A DNA stretch of 61,739 bases, counting the filler, from Chiloscyllium plagiosum (Eukaryota): assembly GCF_004010195.1 (NCBI RefSeq). It is 3 parts of one record of this genome, joined end to end, with 100 filler letters (N's around TTAATTAATTAA, not from the genome) between each part and the next. Parts side by side here need not be neighbours in the genome. Positions count along the whole stretch, not along the records: positions 1 to 31,903 come from NC_057714.1; 2 more parts are not named here. One strand, 5' to 3'. Within the stretch, counting starts at the first letter, position 1. Each line of letters begins with the position of its first letter. Of the stretch, positions 1 to 10,814 are shown piece by piece. A program made the position numbers and the translations under genes. The notes beneath the pieces are model-generated. The model was given only the letters and a program-made list of their open reading frames with translations. It was not told the origin of the DNA and made no database searches.

Positions 1-685
1 CGCATCCAACAGCATTTATGGCAGATGTAATCCGCAGTAACCCTTAAACTCTCTTTAAACTCCCACATCTGACAAGAAGTACATATCACTGCAAAGGCCA
101 TTTTTGCTCCTTCACAATCTACAGACCCAGAAAATAACACCGTCTTATTCCTCTACAAACACTGCCCCAGGTTAAATTAATAGCCATGGCTTATATTTTA
201 AGTTTAATCAAGAGACTTATCTCCAAAAGCATATAATAGCAAGAACCCACTGTACTCACTAATACAGCCTTTCTCCTGGACAGACTTAAAACAACAATTA
301 GATTATCTGATTCTGTGCTGTGAACTTCGCCCAACAGTTCGTCCAAGATTAGTTGTGGATTTCACTGTTTGTTAATTTTCCCAGATGCACTCCGATGTCC
401 AGCGATACACACATTCAAACAGCAAAGGTGGTAACTGTACAGGTTCTCTCTCTCTCTTTCTCCTCATCATGTGCTTCCTTTGTCTGCTCTTCTCCCTTTT
501 AAAACTGCTGTTGTTTTGACTATTTTTTTCCAAAGTTCCAAAACAATGCAACAGCATATAAAACAGTAATTGCTGCTCCTGGAATTTGAGGAAATCACCT
601 CCAACACCTAAAATACCTCAAAAAACTGAGCAGCTCTTACAGCCAGAAATTTTTCCTGTCCTCCATCTTGCATTACCCAGAACCC
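1..685 (-). mobile_element. 5' end of a CR1 LINE: ~580-bp 5'UTR plus ORF1 start (ATG at 101-99), running off the window start
   Basis: Minus-strand translation from 101 gives MAFAVICTSCQMWEFKESLRVTADYICHKCCWMR, matching the CxxC...YxCxKC zinc-finger start of CR1 ORF1. The putative 5' end at ~685 contains CAAGATGG. Confidence 0.75.
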
Positions 686-1450
686 TGTTGTGCTTTTCCA
701 GCACCATTCTAATCTAGACATGGGGTGACTGATGTTTGTTAATACATTCATTTTTAATGAGAGTTTATACTCTTGGAGTAGAACTTGAGGCAAACAGTAC
801 AAGAGGGAAAAAGACTTGCTGTTGCTTAGTGACAAGAATCCAGTGTCACAGAATGGCAGAACTATCCAAAAGGTCAGGAAATGTGTGCAGAATCAGTCAG
901 AATGAACAGTTGCTGCAATTTTAGCAATTTCCAAAAAATCAGGGCTGGAGAAAATGTTCTCAGTGGCTTAAGACAAAAACATCCAGAAACAGAATACGGT
1001 GGAAGCTGAGAGGGTGGAAAACCCACGTTTTTTCTCTTTAACTATTTAGAAGTCAGTAAGAAGAAAGCTCCAGAATCCTATTGCAAATGTGCCGTCTGAA
1101 GAAGAAGTATTAAAATGGAGTTGCGGCTACCCTTCTTCGATTTGACTATCTGTAAGGTTGCATAGATCTTAACGTAAAATTTGCTCAGTTAGCCAAAATT
1201 AAGTGAGATGAAATGATGACAAAACATATGAAGCCTGGTCCGAAAATAACGAATGCTGGTGATCACAATGGGTCAGACAAGCATGTTCAACATCTGTTCT
1301 GGTCTGATATTCAGACAAGACAGCTAAAAGGGTTCACTTGTGATTATGAGCATTGTATGGATAAAAGTTTTGTATTATGTTTGTAGTGTATATTGTTTAA
1401 TGAGGAACATTGGGTATATTCCATTGTTAGAACTGCCTTGATGTATTGAT

Positions 1451-1681
1451 AGGAGAAAGTGAGGACTGCAGATGCTGGAGATCAGAGCTGAAAATGTGTT
1501 GCTGGAAAAGCGCAGCAGGTCAGGCAGCATCCAAGGAGCAGGAGAATCGACGTTTCGGGCATGAGCCCTTCTTCAGGAAATCCTGATTTCCTGAAGAAGG
1601 GCTCATGCCCGAAACGTCGATTCTCCTGCTCCTTGGATGCTGCCTGACCTGCTGCGCTTTTCTAGCAACACATTTTCAGCT
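1451..1681. mobile_element. Palindromic PLE (family A) pLTR insertion with 13-bp TSD
   Basis: 97-bp inverted arms at 1486-1582 and 1585-1681, one mismatch, 2-nt spacer. TSD ttgatgtattgat at 1438-1450 and 1682-1694. Confidence 0.9.
1586..1622 (+). ncRNA. Minimal hammerhead ribozyme motif (PLE family A); mirror copy on the - strand at ~1545-1581
   Basis: CUGAAGA-A-[GGGC UCAU GCCC]-GAA-ACGU-C: conserved core, stem II, palindromic ACGU stem III and a GUC triplet. Confidence 0.75.
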
Positions 1682-3442
1682 TTGATGTATTGATTTCCAG
1701 AGTAAACTTGATGGACCAGGCAAAGTGAGAATAAAAGCCTACAGTTGTTGTTGAAGGTAAGAAGTTTGATTCTTTATTTCTGATTTGTGATAAGGCCATT
1801 TCAAATATTTCTTGTATAGTTTAAAATAATCCATGTTTTGTTTTCTTTCTGTCTGTAATAAACATTGATGTTCATTTATCAAATGTACATTGGCAACCTC
1901 TTGTGAATACGTTCATTGCCCACTACAGTCAACAAATAACTAAAATAAAACTCACAGTCTATCAAACCAGTTTGCACTTTGGGATCTAATTTGTCCAGTG
2001 TTACCATCACCTGGAATCATAACACCAGGAAATAGAGATTTCAAACTTTATTGTGTGAAGTTGAAATTTTGTTATCATGGGCAAATATGACATATGTAGG
2101 ATAAAAACAAAGCTCCAACTAATGTTTCATACAAATATTCAGTTATTTTTGATTTGTGATTGTTGAACAAATAATCTTGAATTATGAGCTGTAGGGTTTA
2201 AGACATCAAATTATGACAATTGTTGCCTGTATTAGTCCAAACATCAGCATGTTCAGAAATACTACAGAACAGAATGACTACACAAAGCCTAATGTGGATT
2301 TAAACAATTGAGTTGTATTTGAATATTTTGTGTTGAAATATCCTTAACGATCTTTTTAGATTTCATATTCACTTTCTATAACAGTTCCATTTGGAAAAGC
2401 ATTCAACTTGTTGAAGGTAACAGCCTTTAGTTTTTTGCATGATTCCATTCTTGTGCAGAAACAACTGAGCCAAAATGTAACACTTGTTAAGAGAGAATAT
2501 TTATGCTTCTAGCACCACATTTTCTAATACAGGTACTGGATTTAGAAGCATAAGTCATTGTATGTTTGTACGTTTCAGATTTAAGCTGCTGCTTAGGGCA
2601 CATATTAATCAGAGTGGATATTAACAGCTAGTGAGTCATTTAAGAAGAGCATTGACTTTTTTTATTTTTAGTTAAAGCTAGAGTTGAACATAGTAAATTT
2701 GGAGCATGGTTTGACACTGTACTGCAAGACAGAATATTTTCTGGAGCATATTACCAATTTACAAAATTTTTTTTTATCAGGTTCCGTGGAGTATTTTTAA
2801 AAAGTTAAACACCATGAGTTTGTATTTCTGACAGGAAAGTTTTTCAACGGCCAAGATTTTGATAAACACCATATCATTCCTTACATTGTAGCCCAAACTG
2901 AGTATCAATTTTTCTGCTTTTTGCCTTTTCTCCAAATGACTATAAATAACATTCTAAAGCCAGTGGGGTGTGTGAAAAATATGTGCAATTTAGTTGGGGG
3001 GTGGTGGTGGTGGGAAGAGACTTTTTGATGAATCCTGCCATCAGCTGACAATGTTGCAACAAATATGATCTATTATAAATCTTCCTGTTCACCAGTGGAG
3101 GTTGTGATCACTGCCAGGCTGATTCACTACTACAGAATGGTGACCAGCAAAACAGAATAACATAGTGGTTTAACAATGCTTCCATTTGCCTCCAGGCAGT
3201 CAGGTAAAGGGAGGAGGTGCTGTTTCTGATGATGACGACACAAGAAGATCCAAAGATCCTCCTGCCAGACTAAGACAAGCTCAGTGGAAGTGGCATAGGT
3301 GAGCAACCATGGAACAGGACCAATGCAGGAAATCAATCAATGACCTGTTCCAGTGTCACATCTTCAACAGGAATTGTTTGTGTAGTAATCATTAATGCAT
3401 ATGAGCAAGCGGTCAGCTCTGCTACAGGAGTGAATCTATGAT

Positions 3443-3897
3443 CGCCTTCCGCAAAGACCGTTCCCTCCGTGACTACCTGGTCAGGTCCACGCCCCCCTAC
3501 GACCCACCCTCCCATCCTGGCACTTTCCCCTGCCACCGCAGGAACTGTAAAACCTGCGCCCACACCTCCTCCCTCACCTCTATCCAAGGCCCCAAAGGAG
3601 CTTTCCACATCCATCAAAGTTTTACCGATGGACTTGTCCGACCTGCCCAGCTCCTTTTCCACCTATCCACTCCACCCTCTCCTCCCTGACCTATCACCTT
3701 CATCTCCTTCCCCACTGACCTATTGTACTCTATGCCACTCTCTCCCCACCCCCACCCTCCTCTAGCTTATCTCTCCACGCTTCAGGCTCTCTGCCTTTAT
3801 TCCTGATGAAGGGCTTTTGCCCGAAACGTCGATTTTGCCTGTCCTCGGATGCTGCCTGAATTGCTGTGCTCTTCCAGCACCACTGATCCAGAATTTA
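3443..3897 (+). mobile_element. PLE family A' 3' fragment (pre-GIY-YIG Cys motif, internal deletion, pLTR with hammerhead)
   Basis: AFRKDRSLRDYLVRS...PGTFPCHRRNCKTCAH...GPKGAFHIHQSF is typical of the Neptune-type PLE linker. A C-rich tract and pLTR follow. Confidence 0.85.
3798..3834 (+). ncRNA. Minimal hammerhead ribozyme motif (family A')
   Basis: CUGAUGA (3803-3809)-A-[GGGC UUUU GCCC]-GAAAC-GUC (3828-3830). Confidence 0.75.
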
Positions 3898-3955
3898 GTG
3901 TCACATTGTTGATTGAATCCAAAAGGTTTTATGTGGACTTGGACACAACATTTGA

Positions 3956-4078
3956 ATTTTGGATTAGTGGTGCTGGAAGAGCACAGCAGCTCAGGCAGCA
4001 TCGGAGGAGCAGAGCACCTCTAATCCAGCACCACTAATCCAAAATCTGGTTTCCAGCATCTGCAGTCATTGTTTTTAC
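3956..4078. mobile_element. Short inverted PLE family A' end insertion with 12-bp TSD
   Basis: A minus-strand piece (3956-~4012) is followed by a plus-strand 3' end. TSD cacaacatttga at 3944-3955 and 4079-4090. Confidence 0.85.
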
Positions 4079-4898
4079 CACAACATTTGATTGATAGCAG
4101 TAGATGTGTGATGGCGATGCATACAGAAACACGTGTTACTTGGCATGTCACTGACTCTGTACTTTGTCATGCAACAGAAGCAGATCCACAATTTCTGTGA
4201 AAGAAGTTTCTGGCTTGAGGTTTGTCATAGCTGCTGAAGCAATGTAGATCACTGATGAGGTAGTTTGATTACTGGAACAGCTGGACTGGCCAGACGTAAA
4301 AACAACAATCCTGTTTGTCGCATATAGGCATATGTGATAGATGCAAGTTTATAGTTAGATGTTCTTGAATGATAAAATCACTACATACGCCTTTACTCCA
4401 TGCTTCATTACACAATTCCATAGTGAACCAGTATTCACCATGGATTTCCCTCTACACACCACATTTGAACATGGAAGAGGTGCATGCAGAGGGTTCAAAA
4501 ACAATTCTATTAGCCATTAAGAGGTTCGAGCCCACCTGCACCATTGGGGCTCATCTAAAGACATTGAGTGAGGAATTGTATCCTGCAAAATTTAGTTTCA
4601 TCAAGGAAGCTGTGAGACACCTAGGTGAGCACACATGACCAGTATTTGAAATGACCAGCGCTGTTATCTTTCATGCAATTAGATTTTCCAGAGCCATAAT
4701 TGGGGGTAAGCAATGTGGAGACAGTATTTATCTTCCCAAAATTTTACCGCTCTTCTAAATTTTTTCTACAGGAACATTTGCTCCCCAAGAGGGGAGACGG
4801 CCTCAATTTAACTTCTTAAAAAGACCGCAACTGAATATACAGTGCAGTCTCAACATGCCAGGCTGTCTGTTCCAAATCATAACATTAAAGTTACTAAA

Positions 4899-5304
4899 TT
4901 AGATTAGATTCCCTACAGTATGAAACAGGCCCTTCAGTCCCACAAGTCCACACCAACTCTCCGAAGAGTAACCCTTCCAGACCCATTTCCCAACCCTAAT
5001 TTACCCCTGGGAGAAAGTGAGGACTGCAGATGCTGGAGATCAGAGCTGAAAAATGTGTTGCTGGAAAAACACAGCAGGTCAGGCAGCATTCTCCTGCTCC
5101 TTGGATGCTGCCTGACCTAATTTACCCCTGACTTGGCAATTTAACACAGCCAATTAACCTAACCTGCATATCTTTGGATTGTGGGAGGAAACCCACACAG
5201 ACACAGGAAGAAAGTGCAAACTCCATACAGACAGTTGCCTAAGGCAGAATCGAACTCAGATCCCTAGCACTGAGGTAGCAGTGCTAACCACTAAGCCACC
5301 GTGC
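4899..5304 (-). mobile_element. HE1-type tRNA-derived shark SINE (V-SINE), interrupted by a PLE
   Basis: tRNA-like head (gcacggtggcttagtggttagcactgct...gagttcgattc), V-domain-like core, CR1-type tail ...ctgtagggaatctaatctaa. Confidence 0.85.
5010..5115. mobile_element. Short inverted PLE family A insertion with 15-bp TSD inside the SINE
   Basis: TSD cctaatttacccctg at 4995-5009 and 5116-5130. The 3' end is on the minus strand, with a short inverted piece. Confidence 0.85.
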
Positions 5305-5685
5305 ATATTTGCACATTTAGATTTATTCAAATTACCCTTCATCAGAAATAGTTTGGAGTTCACTATTGACCAGGTACCAAACTGGAACAGCCATATAAGC
5401 ACTGTTACGCATGTCCCTATTCCCAAAGCCTTTCTATCCTTCCAAGCACAAATGTCCAATGAAGGACACTCCACTTGCCCCAACATATGCAAGTCCAATA
5501 ATTATTAAGAAATTCAACATCATTTAGGAGAAACTATCTCTTTGATCAGAACCCCACATATATTATTGTACATTTGCCAGAGTATATACCATCTACAAGA
5601 TACGGTGTAGCAACTTGCCAAGGCTGCTTCAAGATCACTTCTCAAATGTGCACTTCTACCATCTAGAAAGACAACAGCAGCAGTT

Positions 5686-6892
5686 TTGTTTGACAATGTG
5701 ACAAAGAGGATTGATGAAGACAGGGCAGTGGACATTGTCCCGATGGACTTTAGCAAGGTGTTTGACAAGGTTCTGCCTGGTAGACTGGTTAGTAAGGTTA
5801 GATCACATGGAATCCAGGGAGAGCTAGCCATTTGGATACAAAATTGGCTTGAAGGTAGGAGTCAAAGGGTGATGGTGAAGAGTTGTTTTTCGAACTAGAG
5901 GCCCATGACCAGCAGTGTGCCACTAGGATCAGTGCTGGGTCCACTGCTTTTTGTCATTTATAGAAGTGATTTGGATGTGAATATAGGAGGAATGGTTAGT
6001 AAGTTACCAGATCACATTAAAACTAGTGGTGTAGTGAACAGTGAAAGTTATCTCAGAGTACAATGGAACCCTTGATCAGATGGGCCAAGGAGTGGCAGCT
6101 GGAGTTTAATTGAGATAAATGTGAGGGGGTGGTAAGGCAGATCAAGGTAGGACTTTTACACTTAATGGTAGGATCCTGGGGAGTGATGCCTAACAAAGAG
6201 ACCTGGGAGGACAGGTTCATAGTTCCTTGAAGGTGGAGCCACAGATAGGGTATTAAAGGTGATGTTTTATACGCTTGCCTTTATAGGAAAACGCATTGAG
6301 TATAGGGGAGTTGGGATGTCATGTTGCAGCTGTACAAGACATTGGTTAGACCATCTTGGGATACTGCATTCAATTCTAGTCTCCCTGCAATAGGAAAGAT
6401 GTTGGTAACTTGAAACAGTGCAGAAAGGATTTTCAAGGATGTTGCTGGAGTCAGAGTGTTCGAGCTACAGGGAGATGCTGAATAGGCTGGGCCATTTGCC
6501 CCGGAGCATTAGAGGCTAAGAGGTAACCTTATAGAGATTTATAAAATCATGAATAACATGGAATAAAGTGAATAGTCCAAGTCTTTTTCACAGGGTAGGG
6601 TATTCCAAAACTAGAGGGCATAGGTTCAAGGGGAGAAGGGATCTATAAAAGGGACCTAAAGGGTAACCTTTTTGAGAAAAGAATGGTGTGTGTATGGAAT
6701 GAGCTGCCAGAAGAAGTGGTGGAGGCTGATAGAATTACAACATTTAAATGGCATCTGGATGGGTACACGAATAGGACAGGTCTAGAGAGATATGGGTCAA
6801 ATGCTGGCAAATGGGACTAGATGTACCTTGGATATCTTGGCATGGACAAGTTGGATCGAACGATTTGTTTCTGTGCTGTACAACTCTATGAC
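5686..6892 (+). mobile_element. 5'-truncated CR1 LINE (RT region to 3'UTR), nested in an older LINE 3' end
   Basis: DEDRAVDIVPMDFSKVFDKV...WIQNWLEGRSQRV. Ends gtttctgtgctgtacaactctatgac. Many stops. Confidence 0.9.
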
Positions 6893-7592
6893 ATGAGACC
6901 ATCATCTCTTCCAGGTCACAAACCATCCTGATTTGGAAGCAAAATTGTTTCTTCACTATTGATAGTTTAAGGAATTGCAAGATTTGAACTGAACACTGCT
7001 CTGGGAATGCCTGTATCACACAAAAAAATACAAGTTCAAGTATTTGGCTTACCAACACCTGCATAAGGAGAGCTAAGGATGGGTGGAGGCAGCATGGCCT
7101 CCAATTCAAAAACAGTTCTTTTTAAAATTAAAATAATTACTAAGTTTAAATTTTTTTCTTAAACATAGATAACCAGAATATTTACATATATAAGTACTCA
7201 TGATAATTGCAATTAATATTAATTATTTGCCGTTTAATATCATTGATCAAAATTGGTTACACATTGCTCAACATGTATGTCATTAAAAATAGTTTACATA
7301 AAATTTGGTTCAGTATTCACAAATTTATTATTAGAAAAAAGTTGAATCGATCTTTCTAAAACTTTTAAACATTGTAAATATTACTATCCGTTCACAATTT
7401 ACATGCTGAAAGCAAATGGGCTAACTGTTAAACATTGCTGTATACAAGACAATTACACTTCAAATTTCCAGAATTCATTATTTCTAGGAATCAAAATACA
7501 TAGAAAGCAGATATAATAGGTACAATTCCAGTGTTGGCTGCATATTATTGTGATAATTAATAAATTACTTCTTGTGATAAGGGTCACCTTTA

Positions 7593-7760
7593 TTATTGAA
7601 CTGGTTTTGTAGCTTCTTGCATTAGTGCATATAACTGTCCAATCTGTTCTTCATTAAAGTCTTTTAGTTTATTTGCTGTCAGGTCAATTCCATAGTTGGC
7701 CTTCGGTACGGGATGCATCACACTCTCCGTAGCTTGTGCCTGCAGTGTATCTGCATATGC
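7593..7760 (-). CDS. Candidate terminal coding exon of an unidentified host gene (AYADTLQAQATESVMHPVPKANYGIDLTANKLKDFNEEQIGQLYALMQEATKPVQ*)
   Basis: Acceptor ttttaactttttctcag| (AG at 7762-7761), phase 0. 55 open codons then TAA TAA. AT-rich UTR-like sequence follows, with AATAAA at 7329-7324. Not a recognisable repeat. Confidence 0.6.
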   Translation of the reverse strand, partial: AYADTLQAQATESVMHPVPKANYGIDLTANKLKDFNEEQIGQLYALMQEATKPVQ

Positions 7761-7964
7761 CTGAGAAAAAGTTAAAATCAGAATGCTGAATTAGAGGTTT
7801 TTAAACTTAAACTGAAACGTGCTCATTAGGCATGGTAGCAATAGTTTCTTTTGAAACAGACAGATTAAAGACACCACACAGACTAGTAACTGCTTTCTCC
7901 ATCAAGAAAGGAACATAAACACTTATTGAGTTTTATGAAAGACACCTACTGTTAAGTCTATTCA

Positions 7965-9335
7965 GATTCAGGGAGGATACCAGAGGGTTGGGACATGGCA
8001 AATGTAACACCTCTGTTTAAGAAGGGAGGGAGGCAGAAGATGGAAACTTATAGGCTGGTTAGCCTGATCTTGGAGAGTGGTACGATTTCAGAGTCCATTA
8101 TTATGGATGAGATTGTGCAATACTTGGAAATGCATGGTAAAATAGTGCTGACTCAGCATGGCTTCATTAACAGGAGGTCATGTCTGACAAATCTGTTAGA
8201 ATTCTTTAAAGAGGTAATGAGTAAGTTAGACAAAGCGCAGCTAGTGGACATGACTTATTTTCAAAAGGCCTTTGAGAAGATGCTGCACAGGAGGCTGCTA
8301 TGTAAAATAAGAGTTAGGGGCAAGGTACTCGTATAAATAGAGGATTGACTAATTGGCAGAAGGCAGAGATTACGTATAAAATGCTTTTTTTTAGGATGGC
8401 AGCCAGTGACTAGCAGAGCTCTGCAGGGGCCATTATACATTAACAATCTGAACAAAGAAACTGAGGATATTGTTGCCAAGTTTGCAGATGACACAAAGAT
8501 AAATGAAGGGACAGGTAATGTTCAGGAGGTGGGGAGGCTGCAGAAGGACTTGGCCAGGCTAGAGAGTAGGCAAAGAAGTGGCAAATGGAATATAAATCGG
8601 AAGAACAGAGAAGTAGATTATTTTATAATGAAGAAAGGCTTTGGAAATTTGAAGCACAGGGGTCTTAGGAGTCCTAGTTCAGGATTCTCTTAAGGATAAC
8701 ATGCAGGTTCAGTTGTAATTTAGGAAGGAAATGCAATGTTAGCCTTCATTTTGAGCAGGCTAGAATACAAGGGCAGGAATGTATTTCCTGTTGAGGCTGT
8801 TTAAGATTCTGGTCATACCACGTTTAGAACATGTGAGCAAGTTTGGACCCTTTATTTCAGGAAGGATTTGCTGGTCTTAGAGGAGGTTCACAAATCTGAT
8901 TTCCAGGAATGAAGAGTTTGTCAGTTGAGGTCACTGGGCCTGTATTCAATAGGTGTTTAGAAGAATGAAGGGAATCTTGTTACAACTTACTGAATACTGA
9001 GAGGCCTGGATAGAGTGAACGTGGAGAAGATGCTTCCACTAATAAGAGAGATTAGGGCATGAGGGCACAGCCTCAGAGTGAAGGTTGATCCTTTGGAACA
9101 GAGAGGAGGAAGAATTTGTTCAGCTAAAAGTTGGTGAATCTGTGGAGCTCATTGCTGCAGAGGACTGTGGAGGCCAATTCATTGAGTGTGTTTAAGTTAG
9201 AAATAGACAGGTTCGTGATTACAAATGGATTACAGGTTATGCAGATTGAGAAATATACTAGCCATGATCAATGGTGAAGCAGACTCTATGGGATGAAAGG
9301 CCCAATTCTGCTCCTATATTTTATGATCATATGTC
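7965..9335 (+). mobile_element. Decayed CR1 LINE ORF2 RT and 3'UTR
   Basis: ANVTPLFKKG, SCLTNLLEFF, FQKAFEK and KFADDTK motifs, with frameshifts. Confidence 0.9.
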
Positions 9336-9395
9336 ACAGCTTATGACATGTGCTCCTCTAAAAAATTGTAAAGTGCTTTAAATCATCTCTCAGTT

Positions 9396-10296
9396 AGGAG
9401 AAAGTGAGGACCGCAGATGATGGAGATCAGAGCTGAAAAATGTGTTGCTGGAAAAGCGCAGCAGGTCAGACAGCATCCAAGGAGCAGGAGAACTAATGTT
9501 TCAGGCATAAGCCGTTCTTCAGGGATGAGGAAGGTGTGCCAAGGTGTGAGATAAAAGGTAGGGAGGAGGGACTTGGGGGAGGGGCATTGGGAATGCGATA
9601 GGTGGAAGGAGGTTAAGATGAGGGTGATAGGCCGGAGAGGGGATGGGGCCAGAGAGATCAGGAAGAAGATTGCAGGTCACGAAGGCGGTGCTGAGTCCGA
9701 GGGTTGGGACTGAGATAAGGTGGGGGGAGGGGAAATGAGGAAGCTGGAGAAATCTGCATTCATCGTGTGTGGTTGGAGAGTTCCTAGGCGGAAGATGAGG
9801 CACTCTTCCTCCAGGCGTCATGTTGCCATGGTCTGGCGATGGAGAAGGCCAAGGACCTGCATGTCCTTGGCGGAGTGGGAGGGGGAGTTAAAGTGTTCAG
9901 CCACGGGCCGGTTGGATTGGTTGGTGCGGGTGTCCCAGAGGTATTCTCTGAAACGTTCCGCAAGTAGGCAGCCTGTCTCCCCTCTGGGACACCCGCACCA
10001 ACCAACCCAACCGCCCTGTGGCGGAACACTTTAACTCCCTCTCCCACTTTGCCAAGGACATACAGGTCCTTGGCTTCCTCCATCGCCAGACCATGGCAAC
10101 ACGATGCCTGGAGGAAGAGTGCCTCATCTTCCACCTAGGAACCCTCCAACCACAAGGGATGAATGCAGATTTCTCCAGCTTCCTCATTTCCCCTCCCCCC
10201 ACCTTATCTCAGTCCCAATCCTCGGACTCAGCACCGTCTCCTGCTCCTTGGATGCTGCCTGACCTGCTGCGCTTTTCCAGCAACACATTTTTCAGC
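9396..10296. mobile_element. Inverted two-arm PLE family A insertion with 14-bp TSD
   Basis: Minus arm 9396-~9981 and plus arm ~9982-10296, both with the GIY-YIG C-terminus (RCLEEECLIFHLGTLQPQGMNADF). TSD atcatct(c/g)tcagtt at 9382-9395 and 10297-10310. Confidence 0.9.
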
Positions 10297-10814
10297 ATCA
10301 TCTGTCAGTTGCCTGATTAATTGCCCTAGTTGACTGCCAACCTCCACCCTTCTGAGAAGCTGCCACCAGAATTATTTCACAGAGGTAAGGGCACTTTGAA
10401 GAACCAGCACATCACCATACTACTGCAGAATATCAGTATTCAAAGCAGTTAGTGAATGCAAGGGTAAAGTCCATCCTGACAACAGAATATTATCTTGCCT
10501 GATTATTTACTTGCAAAGTGAAATGAAGCAAAGGATAGTGGCAACGTTTCACAATAATTTTCTGACATGACCCCACCCATGCGGGAGGGATTATTGACAG
10601 GCAATCTGGATGGCTGTTGGGTCTTTGATCAGTTGAAGTGAAGATGCAGATTTTGATTGATTGGTGTGTGGGTCCCAGGGCTTCTTTCGAGTTACTGCCC
10701 TGGGATGACTTCTGGTTTTGTCAGAGTAGGGGTGATATCTCTGGTCAGACAATTTGTTTTAGGTCTGAGGCCATGTTTCAAGTCTGTTTGTATCTGTCAG
10801 ACTAATTTTATTAT

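Larger units (their letters stand above)
720..2023 (+). mobile_element. Possible old LTR-like element, interrupted by a PLE
   Basis: Non-coding, AATAAA near 1857, ends in ...ggaatcataaCA like an LTR 3' end. The 5' boundary is not defined. Confidence 0.25.
3050..4640 (-). mobile_element. Possible heavily decayed PIF/Harbinger transposase relic, interrupted by PLEs
   Basis: Only weak remembered similarity to Harbinger transposase motifs (AI..C..VHIKP; a ..RF.CL..-like segment). Not verifiable by eye. Confidence 0.2.
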
